From NCBI GenBank assembly GCA_963457605.1, contig OY735138.1: a stretch of 64,000 bases of DNA. One strand, written 5' to 3'. This DNA comes from an uncultured Gellertiella sp. (lineage in GTDB: Bacteria; Pseudomonadota; Alphaproteobacteria; Rhizobiales; Rhizobiaceae). How positions within the stretch are numbered: the stretch's first letter is position 1; every line of letters starts with the position of its first letter. The position numbers were made by a program, and so were the translations under genes. The notes under the pieces were generated by a model. That model worked only from the letters and a program-made list of their open reading frames with translations. It had not been told where the DNA came from and did no database searches. This document shows, one piece after another, positions 45,141-53,446 of the stretch.

Positions 45141-45164
45141 GTGAAATTCCATACCATAGATTAC
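45141..45164. repeat. right boundary direct repeat (attR candidate)
   Basis: TGAAATTCCATACCATAGATTAC. Its reverse complement reads AATCGCGTAA-TCTATG-GTATGGAATTTCA. Shares TAATCTATG.TATGGAA.TTTCA with the left copy. Confidence 0.6.
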
Positions 45165-45334
45165 GCGATTATGTGATGAAGCCGCAGGGTTGAATTGTCC
45201 TGTTCTGGCAAAGTTCAAATGTCACACTCCCCCTGCTTGAGAGCTGCGGGAGGCCAGGATGACGGTCCAGCCGCCGGCGCATGTTCCGGAGGTGGTGGAT
45301 CCGGGCACCGCTGGTTCCGGGATCGCGGATCACC

Positions 45335-45460
45335 TTTTCCCGCTCGAACGTGTTTGAGCGCTCGAACGTGTTTGAGCGCTCAAACAAGTTCGCGCGAAAA
45401 GACGAACGAGAACAAGGAGACATAGAATCTGTCTGGTTCACTGTGAATCTGACAGACTCC
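45335..45460. repeat. mosaic intergenic repeat element, copy 1 (tandem 18-bp palindromic units + spacer + hairpin element D)
   Basis: TTTTCCCGCTCGAACGTGTTTGAG x2, then a degenerate third unit, then AAAAGACGAACGAGAACAAGGAGA, then hairpin AGAATCTGTCTGGTTCA-ctg-TGAATCTGACAGACTCC (45424..45460). Collinear with 51591..51700. Confidence 0.85.
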
Positions 45461-46307
45461 GGGTATCCACTTGCTGTTCGATGGCACCGAAGATGCTGTG
45501 GCCGGAGTGGTCCTTCATCTCGATGCGCACGGATTGGCCGGTGGAGAGGACGGGTGTCGTGTCCGTCCCCTTCATCGCGGCGCCCCGACCGGAGCTGATG
45601 ATCGTGCCGGCGGTGAGGCGGCGGGTTCGGGCCGCCCCGGCGATCAGTTGACCGAAATCGGCCCACCTGTCGGCATCGGCATTTTCCCGGCTCGGGGGCC
45701 GTCCGTCCAGGCCGACGAGCAAGGGCAGGCAAAGCTTGCCACCCTGCCAGGCGTCCCCCAGTTCATCGGGCGTCACCGCAACCGGCGAGAAGGCGGCGGA
45801 GGGATTTGCCTGGAGGGACCGGCCCATCGGCACAGGCCCGTCATCCATCGGCAGGTCGCGCAATGTCACGCCATTGGCCAGCAGCACAAGGCGGATCTTC
45901 TCCCGCGCCTCTGTCGCGCCCGTTCCCATCGGCACATCATCGACGATCACCGCTACTTCCGCACCGAAATCGATGCCGGCAGGCTGAAGGGCGGCGGGGA
46001 TGGGGTCGCGCGGGCCGGTGAAATTGCCGGATCCGCGCTGGGTGAGTTCAGGGGTGCCCGAGATCCATTGATAGGCGCGCGGCAGTGGAGAGGCCGCGTC
46101 ATGCTCATGAAACCGCAGTACCGGCTGGGTTCCGGTTTCCAGCCCCTCGGCCACCCGGACCAGCCGGGGCGCGACATGTTCCCAGTCGTCAAGCGCCTGC
46201 TGCAGGCTGCGGGCGATATGCCCGACATCCGTATACCGGGTGAGATCCCTGGAAACGACGACCAGACGGCCATCGCGTGTTCTGTCCTTGAGAGTGGCGA
46301 GTTTCAT
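45438..46307 (-). CDS. fumarylacetoacetate hydrolase (FAH) family protein
   Basis: ORF 45438..46340, start moved to ATG 46307 (MKLATLKDRTRDGRLVVVSRDL). FAH-family segments (ERFHEHDAASPLPRAYQW, FSPVAVTPDELGDAW, VRIEMKDHSGHSIFGAIEQ). The last codons and the stop lie inside hairpin element D. Confidence 0.7.
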   Translation of the reverse strand: MKLATLKDRTRDGRLVVVSRDLTRYTDVGHIARSLQQALDDWEHVAPRLVRVAEGLETGTQPVLRFHEHDAASPLPRAYQWISGTPELTQRGSGNFTGPRDPIPAALQPAGIDFGAEVAVIVDDVPMGTGATEAREKIRLVLLANGVTLRDLPMDDGPVPMGRSLQANPSAAFSPVAVTPDELGDAWQGGKLCLPLLVGLDGRPPSRENADADRWADFGQLIAGAARTRRLTAGTIISSGRGAAMKGTDTTPVLSTGQSVRIEMKDHSGHSIFGAIEQQVDTRSLSDSQ

Positions 46308-46459
46308 GTCTGGTCCATTTCCGCGTTTGCAAGGGCGCAACGCCCGGGGTCAGGGACCTCGGGCGACATCGCATTCCAGCACGCCGCATGGTCCCCGGCA
46401 AGACCCCTGATGACGCCATCCGCAACGGACAGGGCGTGGCCGGAGATCACCCATCGGGA

Positions 46460-49400
46460 TCAGTCCCCGCTTTCCACCGGCCGGACCTTGCGGCGTTGCA
46501 ACCGGCGCGGCAGGGATCGCAGGACGGCGGACAGCCGGTCGATCTCGACAAAGACCACCGGGGTCATGAACAGGGTCAGTATCTGGCTGACGATCAGGCC
46601 GCCAACCACTGCCACGCCCAGCGGGCGGCGCAGCTCGGAACTCGCCCCGGTGCCGAGCGCAACCGGCAGAGCGCCGAGCAGCGCGCAGAAAGTGGTCATC
46701 ATGATCGGCCGGAAGCGCTGCACCGCCGCATCATGGATCGCCCGCACGGGATCTGCCCCGGCCTCCCGTTGCAGCGTCAGCGCCACGTCGATCATCATGA
46801 TGGCGTTCTTCTTGACGATGCCGATCAGCATCAGCAGGCCGATCAGGGCGATGATCGACAGGTCGAAGCCGAAGACCCTGAGGGCGAGAAGCGCCCCGAA
46901 GGCCGCCGACGGCAGGCCGGACAGGATCGTCAGCGGATGGGCGAAGCTCTCGTAGAAGACGCCGAGCACCACATAGATGGTCAGAACTGCGGCTGCGATC
47001 AGGAGACCGGTATTGCTGCTGGCCTGCTGAAAGATCCGGGCGGCACCGGCATAGCTGGTCGTCACGCCCGGGGGCAGGGCGATCTCCTGCTTCAGCGCAT
47101 CGAGCCGCGCCGTTGCCGTGCCGAGCGAAACGCCCGGCGGCAGGTTGAAGGACAGGGTGACGGCGGTCAGCTGGCCGGTCTGGTTGACGGTCACCGGACC
47201 GGCTATGCGGGTGACGCTGGCAAAGCTTGCCAGCGGCACCAGCTGACCGGAGGCGGAGGCAATCCGGAGTCCGGCCAGCGACTGTTCATCCCATTGCCGC
47301 GACTGGTCATATTCCAGAATGACATTGTAATTGTTGCCGGTGGTCTGGATCTGGGTCACCACATAGCTGCCGAAGGCGGCTTCGAGCGTGCTGCGCAGCG
47401 TCGCGGCGGAGATGCCGAGCTTGCTCGCCCGGTCATCGTCCACCTCGACATGCGCCTGGAGCGCGTTGTTTTGCAGATCCGAGGCGACATCGGCGAAATG
47501 GCCAGGATCGGCGCGCATCGCATCGCCCAGCACCTGCGACCACTGCCGCGCCGCTGCGGCATCGATTGACTGCAACACCAGCTGATACTGGCTCTGCGAG
47601 CTGCGCCCGCCAAAGCGCAGGCTTTGTTGCGGCGTGATGAAGCTCTTGAGCCCGGCAACGGGAGCCAGCGCCTGGCGCAGCGACTGCAGCGTGTCCGCAA
47701 GCGCGGGGCGTTCGCCGACCGGTTTAAGCTGCACCAGCAGGCTGCCCGCATTGACGGCCGAGCCGCCTGGCCCTGCCCCCAGCGTCGAGGTGACATGTGC
47801 CACGGCCGGATCCTTCATCACCGCGGCAGCGGCCCTGGCCTGCAGGGCGCTCATCGCCGCAAAGGATATATCCTGCCGTGCCTGGAGTGAGACGGAGAGC
47901 ATGCCGATGTCTTCGGTCGGGAAGAAGCTGCGCGGCAGGGCGGAGAACATGTAGCCGGAGGCGCCGAGCGTTGCGGCAAAGACCAGCATGACCGGGAACC
48001 GGTGGTTCAGGCACCAGCCGACGCTGCGCCCATAGGCCCGGGCCACTTTCTCGAACAGGCCGTCGCGGGTGCCGCCATGGCCCGGGTCCTGCGGCAGCCG
48101 CGCCGCCAGCATCGGCGTGACGGTCAGCGACACGACGGCGGAGGACAGGATGGCCATGGTCACGACGATGCCGAATTCGTTCAGCACCCGCCCGACGATC
48201 CCACCCATCAGCAGGATCGGCAGGAAGACGGCGACCAGCGAGATCGACATGGAGACGATGGTGCCGACCACCTCGCGCGAGCCGGTGACGGCCGCCTCGA
48301 AGGGCGACATGCCGGCTTCGACATGGCGCACGATGTTTTCCAGCATGACGATGGCATCATCCACCACCAGACCGACCGAAAGTGTCAGGCCGAGCAGCGA
48401 GATATTGTCGATGGAATAGCCCATCACATACATCGCGCCGAGCGTGGAGACCAGCGACAGCGGTACCGCAAGGCCGGGAATGAGGGTTGCCGTCACCCGG
48501 CGCAGGAACAGGAAGATCACCAGAATGACCAGCCCGATGGTGATGAGCAGGGTCTTCTCGACATCGGCCACCGCCGCGCGGATCGACACCGAGGCATCGT
48601 TGACGACCGCTATATGCATGCCCGGCGGCAGGGCGGCCTCAAGGTCCGGCAGGCGGGCGCGAATGCTGTCGACGACCTGAACCGTATTGGCACCCGGCTG
48701 GCGCTGGACGGCCAGCACGATCGACGGCGTGCCATCGAGCCAGCTGCCCTGGTTCAGCACCGCCACGCTGTCGCGCACATTGGCAACATCCTCCAGCCGC
48801 ACGATGCGGCCATTCGGCCGGGCGATGACCAGGCTGCGGAAGGCTTTGGCATCGTTGCGCTGGGTGGCGACGTCGATGGTCAGCGACTGGCTTTCGTTTT
48901 GCAAGGTGCCGACAGGCGAATGGTCGTTTGCCGCGGCGATGGTGGAGGCGAGACTGTCGAGCGACAGGCCACGGCTGGCCATCCGGTTCGGATCGACCGA
49001 TACCCGTACCGCGTAACTCTTTGCCCCGAAGACCTGCGCCTGGGCGACGCCGGAGACGGTCGAAAGGGCCGGCGAGATGATGTTTTCGGCGACATCGTCG
49101 AGCCGGGTGATCGGCAGATTGTCGCCGGTGACCGCGAGAATGAGCACCGGGGAATCGGCGGGGTTGGACTTGCGGTAACCGGGCGGGGTCGAAAGGTTGC
49201 CGGGCAGCTGGCGCTGTGCTCTGGCGATGGCAGCCTGGATGTCGGCGGCGGCGGCGTCGATATCGCGGGCGAGATCGAACTGGACGGTGATCTGGGTGCT
49301 GCCGGGCGTCGAGCTGGCGCTGATCGTGTCAATGCCCGAAATCGTCTGGAACTGCTTGATCAGCGGGGTCGCCACCGTGCTTGCCATCGTGTCGGGCGCG

Positions 49401-49561
49401 GCGCCCGCCAGCTGGGCAGACACGTTGATGGTCGGAAAATCGGCCTGCGGCAGGGCGGCGACCGGCAATTGCCGATAGCCGGCCAATCCCGCGACGAGAA
49501 TGCCCAGGATCAGCAGGATGGTGGCGACCGGACGGCGAATGAAAATTTCCGAAACAGTCAC
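46460..49561 (-). CDS. RND efflux transporter permease (AcrB/MdtB-like)
   Basis: 1033 aa. N-terminal SEIFIRRPVATILL, 12-TM / two large periplasmic loop layout, conserved VDDAIVMLENI. Confidence 0.9.
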   Translation of the reverse strand: MTVSEIFIRRPVATILLILGILVAGLAGYRQLPVAALPQADFPTINVSAQLAGAAPDTMASTVATPLIKQFQTISGIDTISASSTPGSTQITVQFDLARDIDAAAADIQAAIARAQRQLPGNLSTPPGYRKSNPADSPVLILAVTGDNLPITRLDDVAENIISPALSTVSGVAQAQVFGAKSYAVRVSVDPNRMASRGLSLDSLASTIAAANDHSPVGTLQNESQSLTIDVATQRNDAKAFRSLVIARPNGRIVRLEDVANVRDSVAVLNQGSWLDGTPSIVLAVQRQPGANTVQVVDSIRARLPDLEAALPPGMHIAVVNDASVSIRAAVADVEKTLLITIGLVILVIFLFLRRVTATLIPGLAVPLSLVSTLGAMYVMGYSIDNISLLGLTLSVGLVVDDAIVMLENIVRHVEAGMSPFEAAVTGSREVVGTIVSMSISLVAVFLPILLMGGIVGRVLNEFGIVVTMAILSSAVVSLTVTPMLAARLPQDPGHGGTRDGLFEKVARAYGRSVGWCLNHRFPVMLVFAATLGASGYMFSALPRSFFPTEDIGMLSVSLQARQDISFAAMSALQARAAAAVMKDPAVAHVTSTLGAGPGGSAVNAGSLLVQLKPVGERPALADTLQSLRQALAPVAGLKSFITPQQSLRFGGRSSQSQYQLVLQSIDAAAARQWSQVLGDAMRADPGHFADVASDLQNNALQAHVEVDDDRASKLGISAATLRSTLEAAFGSYVVTQIQTTGNNYNVILEYDQSRQWDEQSLAGLRIASASGQLVPLASFASVTRIAGPVTVNQTGQLTAVTLSFNLPPGVSLGTATARLDALKQEIALPPGVTTSYAGAARIFQQASSNTGLLIAAAVLTIYVVLGVFYESFAHPLTILSGLPSAAFGALLALRVFGFDLSIIALIGLLMLIGIVKKNAIMMIDVALTLQREAGADPVRAIHDAAVQRFRPIMMTTFCALLGALPVALGTGASSELRRPLGVAVVGGLIVSQILTLFMTPVVFVEIDRLSAVLRSLPRRLQRRKVRPVESGD

Positions 49562-50850
49562 AAGGCCGCTCCCGAACCGTCGGCGGTCTTGTCCAGGGGG
49601 GCAGCCTTTGCGCCGGAGACGATGACCTTCGCGCCATCGGCCAGTCCCGACTGGCCCTCGGTCACCACCGTTTCGCCCGCCTTCAGTCCATCGCTGATCC
49701 CGGTCATCGCACCCGCATTCAGGGCGACCGTGACCTTGCGTACCGAGACGGAACTGTCGGGACCAACCACATAGCAGGTGAACCCGTCCGGCAGCACCTG
49801 CACCGCGACGGTCGGCACCAGCACAAGGCCACGCTTCTCCCCAGCCCTCACCTCCACGTCGAGCGACTGGCCCGGCCAGAGATTGCCATCGGCATTGTCG
49901 AGCCTGGCACGCAGCCGGAAGGTGCCCGAGGCGGTATCGACGGTATTGTCGATGAACACCACCGGTCCCGATGTCGGTGCCGTGCTGCCCGATGACAGGA
50001 CCGGGGCAATCGCCACGTCGAGCTTGCCATCGGCAAGTGCGTCGCGGGCAAGTGCCAGATCGGTTTCCGGCAGGATGAACTCGGCAAAGACCGGCTTCAT
50101 CCGGGTGAGGGTCACGATGTTTGCGCCCGCAGACACGAAGGCACCCGGCGACACCTGTACCACGCCCAGCTTGCCATCAAAGGGGGCACGCACTTCGGTC
50201 TGTGTCAGGGCGACCCTTTCGGTGGTCAGGTTGGCATTGTCGACGGCGATGGCGGCCTCGGCCTGTTTCGAGGCGGCGAGCGCCTCGTCATATTGCTGCC
50301 GGGTGCCGGCACCCGAATTGTTCAGCGTCCGCGTGCGCTTCAGGTTGGCATTGGCGTTTTCCAGCGCGGCCTGATCGCGCATCAGATTGGCGTTTTCGCG
50401 GGCAATCCCGGCATTGATGCTGCGGTCATCCAGCTTGACGATCAGATCACCCGCCCTGACGGTTGCGCCATCGGTGCCGAGCACCGCTGCCACGATCCCC
50501 GCAGCAGGGCTGGCAAGGCCGGTCGAGGCGACCGGCACGATGGTGCCGATCGTATGGCGCATCACGGGGAGCGATCCGGCTTTGGCAGAGACCGTCACCA
50601 CCGCAGGCGGTCCGCCCGGACCACCCGTCCGGTCGCCACCATGCCCGGAACCCTTGCCATGCCTGCCGGAACCTGCCGCATCCTTCGGCGCTTCGCCTTG
50701 CGCTGCCGGGCCGGATCTGGCGAGGAAGGGCAGCCAGGCATTGCGGGTATCGACAGGAACGACATAGACGGCGATGGTCCCGAGGATCACACATGCGAAT
50801 GCGGCCCTGGCGACAGTCCCGGCGCGGCGCGATGGAGAGGAAGAAGACAT
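49558..50850 (-). CDS. RND efflux periplasmic adaptor (membrane fusion protein)
   Basis: 430 aa. Stop overlaps the RND pump start (ATGA-type). HlyD_D23-like sequence (VRAPFDGKLGVVQVSPGAFV) and an N-terminal anchor. Confidence 0.85.
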   Translation of the reverse strand: MSSSSPSRRAGTVARAAFACVILGTIAVYVVPVDTRNAWLPFLARSGPAAQGEAPKDAAGSGRHGKGSGHGGDRTGGPGGPPAVVTVSAKAGSLPVMRHTIGTIVPVASTGLASPAAGIVAAVLGTDGATVRAGDLIVKLDDRSINAGIARENANLMRDQAALENANANLKRTRTLNNSGAGTRQQYDEALAASKQAEAAIAVDNANLTTERVALTQTEVRAPFDGKLGVVQVSPGAFVSAGANIVTLTRMKPVFAEFILPETDLALARDALADGKLDVAIAPVLSSGSTAPTSGPVVFIDNTVDTASGTFRLRARLDNADGNLWPGQSLDVEVRAGEKRGLVLVPTVAVQVLPDGFTCYVVGPDSSVSVRKVTVALNAGAMTGISDGLKAGETVVTEGQSGLADGAKVIVSGAKAAPLDKTADGSGAAL

Positions 50851-51311
50851 GGGCGCGGACAGGCCTTTTTGCTGGATCGGACGAAGAAGATGGCGCGGGC
50901 TGATTCAGGCGGATTGATGTTGCTGGCTATGACATAGCATTAAACATCGGCAAGGATGACAATGCGTTCTGTCGCAGCCCGGCGCAGAATGGCTGTCCCA
51001 TGCGGCGCAGACCAGGGTTTGTCAGGCAAAAGTGGCGTGCGGATCGCACTCTATTGCATGGCGTCAGCGTGATCAATGTCAGTGGCCTCGCGCAGCGCAG
51101 CAGGGCAAACCCTGCCCGGACGGGATGACGCGCTGAAAGGGAGAGGGCCGGAGCAGATCCGGTGCCATTGCCGACCCGCCTTTGCATGGCCTATGAATAT
51201 CCAGTGGAATGCCTTGCGGCATCGGGCCGCGTTGCAGGCAAGCCCGGGGGCATCATGGAACCTTGCGGGGCTTGCGGTCGTTTTTTCGGATCATCGGAGG
51301 AGGACGGTATC

Positions 51312-51527
51312 ATGCACATTGGAAACATCGAGGAGCTTGACCGGATCGTCGAGCAAAAGATCGCCGCACTTTTCCACGAGATGGACGCCGCCGGGTGGAG
51401 GGCGGCAGATGTGGCGCAGTCAATCCGCAAGGATCTCGACCTCCGCTCGCGTCCGCAGGCGGAAGATCTGCGGAAGGCCCGCGCTGCGGTTGGCGGGGAT
51501 TTCGTTTCCGATGGAAATGAAGGGTAA
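51312..51527 (+). CDS. small hypothetical protein (71 aa)
   Basis: Tail of ORF 51162..51527, ATG 51312 after GGAGGAGGA. No family recognised. Confidence 0.4.
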   Translation: MHIGNIEELDRIVEQKIAALFHEMDAAGWRAADVAQSIRKDLDLRSRPQAEDLRKARAAVGGDFVSDGNEG

Positions 51528-51590
51528 CCCGGTCCGCCTGTCTTTGCCGATCCTTGCCCTTAGAGTTTGTGAGGGAAAAGTGGAATCCGG

Positions 51591-51700
51591 TTTTCCCGCT
51601 CAAACTTGTTTGAGCGCTCAAACTTGTTTGAGCGAAAAGACAAACGACAACAAGGGGAGCCAGAGTCTGGCTGGTTCAATATGAACCTGACAGACTCTGG
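51591..51700. repeat. mosaic intergenic repeat element, copy 2 (tandem 18-bp palindromic units + spacer + hairpin element E)
   Basis: TTTTCCCGCTCAAACTTGTTTGAG x2 (each unit contains the perfect palindrome GCTCAAAC-TT-GTTTGAGC), then AAAAGACAAACGACAACAAGGGGAG, then hairpin CCAGAGTCTGGCTGGTTCA-ata-TGAACCTGACAGACTCTGG (51660..51700). Confidence 0.85.
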
Positions 51701-52560
51701 CAGAGCTCGACGAAAACCGGCTGGTGGTCGGAGGCCGCAGTGGCCTCGTCGATCCTGCAGGACTGCACCCGGTCAGTCAGCCCTTTGGTGACAAAGGCAT
51801 AGTCGATGCGCATGTCGTGATCGGCGTCCTGCGCCTCGTCCCTGAAGAAGGTGACGCCGGACATCGGGGCATGGCCGCAAAGCGTATGGCAATCGGCAAG
51901 GCCGAAACCACCATTATCCCTGTCGCCGGTGAGCAGCCGGTATTCGGCGCTGTCGGGTTCGGCGTTGAAATCGCCAAGCAGGATCGCCTCGCCCGGCAAA
52001 ACCGGTGCGGGATCACTGCATTGCCAGGCCTCGGCCTCCGCGTCGCGTCCGTTCCAGGCCGCCCCTTCCCGGTCGTGGCGTTCAAGCAGCGCCTTCAGCG
52101 CAACGATCTGCTCCAGCCGCTCGGCTTCATTGGTATGGGTGAGGTGGACATTCAGCACCCTGAGAGACCCCGAAGGGGTCGCAATCACCGTATCCAGCGC
52201 CTGGGTCAGCATGTTGAAGGCCGGGCCGGTATCGTGCTTCGGCAGGATCACCGTGCGGCTGGAGAGAACAGGCCAGCGGCTCAGGGTCATCACCCCGAAC
52301 TGGCGGCGGCGGTTGATCACCCGGCCCGAGACACATTCGCTGGCATCGACATCGAAACCCGGCCCGTAGACCGCATGGCGATCCGGCATCAGGGCTTCGA
52401 TCTCGGCCGGCTGGTCGGCCATGCCGGTGCGGCGCCAGTGGCGGTCGACCTCCTGCAGGCAGATGATGTCAGCCGCGCGGACCACGTCGAGCACGCGCGC
52501 CAGATCTGATCTGCCGTCGCGGCCGAAGCCATACTGGATATTGTAACTTGCAAGTCTCAT
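51676..52560 (-). CDS. endonuclease/exonuclease/phosphatase (EEP) family protein
   Basis: 294 aa. MRLASYNIQYG, ADIICLQEV, GDFN, SDHQPV are the EEP catalytic motifs. The last 7 codons and the stop lie inside hairpin element E. Confidence 0.85.
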   Translation of the reverse strand: MRLASYNIQYGFGRDGRSDLARVLDVVRAADIICLQEVDRHWRRTGMADQPAEIEALMPDRHAVYGPGFDVDASECVSGRVINRRRQFGVMTLSRWPVLSSRTVILPKHDTGPAFNMLTQALDTVIATPSGSLRVLNVHLTHTNEAERLEQIVALKALLERHDREGAAWNGRDAEAEAWQCSDPAPVLPGEAILLGDFNAEPDSAEYRLLTGDRDNGGFGLADCHTLCGHAPMSGVTFFRDEAQDADHDMRIDYAFVTKGLTDRVQSCRIDEATAASDHQPVFVELCQSLSGSY

Positions 52561-52581
52561 GAAGGGATCAATTCCGTCTTT

Positions 52582-53268
52582 TCAGGCCGCTTTTTCGGGC
52601 CGGGGGCCGTCAACCGTGAAATGCAGCGGGAAGAGATGGGCAAGCAGCGTCCTTGCCATGGTCTGCGCCTCCGGCACAGTGAGCGGCGTCGGCCCCTGGG
52701 TCAGTTCCAGCCAGATGCCGCCCAGCGCCGTGTCGAGGATCCGGGCCAGCACCGTGCTGTCCTGGCCGGGATAATCGCCGCCTGCCACGAGCTCGCGGCA
52801 AAGCTCGGTCATCACGGCGGTGAAATGCCGGGTCTGGTCGGCAAAGAGATCGAGATAGAGCTTGCGGCCATTGGTGGCGGCCCAGAAGGTTTTCCAGGCG
52901 GCAAGATAGCGCGGCGTGAAATAGGTGCCGCCGAATTCGGCATCGACCAGCCGCCACAGTTTCTCCGCAGCGCTGCGGCTTGCCCCGAACTGGCTGGCAT
53001 GCAGCCCGCCGAAATATTCCCGGCCCATCAGTTCGAGCGCCGCCGTCAGGAGATTTTCCTTGCCGCCAAAATGCACGACGATCAGCGAGGGCGAGGCATT
53101 GGCGGCCTGGGCGATGTCGGCAAGGGTGAAATCGCCGATGCCCCTGTCGGCCAGCACGTCGATGGTCGCCTCGAGAAGCTCGGCCTTGCGGGCCGCCTTG
53201 TCCATCCGCAGGCGCGGCGGGGCCACGGTGCCGGATGGACCCTGCGTCTTCGCCTGCCGTCCCGCCAT
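52582..53268 (-). CDS. TetR/AcrR family transcriptional regulator
   Basis: 228 aa (alternative start MDKAARK at 53205). HTH region LLEATIDVLADRGIGDFTLADIAQAANASPSLIVVHFGGKENLL. Divergent from an ABC operon. Confidence 0.85.
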   Translation of the reverse strand: MAGRQAKTQGPSGTVAPPRLRMDKAARKAELLEATIDVLADRGIGDFTLADIAQAANASPSLIVVHFGGKENLLTAALELMGREYFGGLHASQFGASRSAAEKLWRLVDAEFGGTYFTPRYLAAWKTFWAATNGRKLYLDLFADQTRHFTAVMTELCRELVAGGDYPGQDSTVLARILDTALGGIWLELTQGPTPLTVPEAQTMARTLLAHLFPLHFTVDGPRPEKAA

Positions 53269-53446
53269 TCCGCTCCCCTCCCCGTCTGCTCTCTTCTTTT
53301 CGCCGATTGATAAACGGTTATTTAGCTGGAGAGCAATTCATTTCCATAAATTTCGGCACAAATATAAAAAAAGCTTGTCATTCAGATTTCACATAGTCAA
53401 GCTACTAAATGATCATTTAGTTGTCGTGAACGCGGAGGAGCCCGTC

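Larger units (their letters stand above)
39505..45164 (+). mobile_element. integrated Microviridae-like ssDNA phage genome (~5.6 kb) bounded by ~24-bp direct repeats
   Basis: All genes lie on the + strand, tightly packed or overlapping, with visibly lower GC than the flanks. Encodes a VP1/F-like capsid, VP2/H-like pilot, tiny basic peptide, M15 peptidase and HUH Rep, and no integrase. Repeats TGAAA(G)TTCCATA(A/C)CATAGATTA(T/C) occur at both ends. Confidence 0.85.

Noticed and set aside
45036-45218. 60-aa minus-strand ORF in the AT-rich phage non-coding region spanning the right boundary repeat
   Set aside because: No RBS, crosses the attachment-site repeat, and its composition is consistent with a chance ORF in AT-rich DNA.
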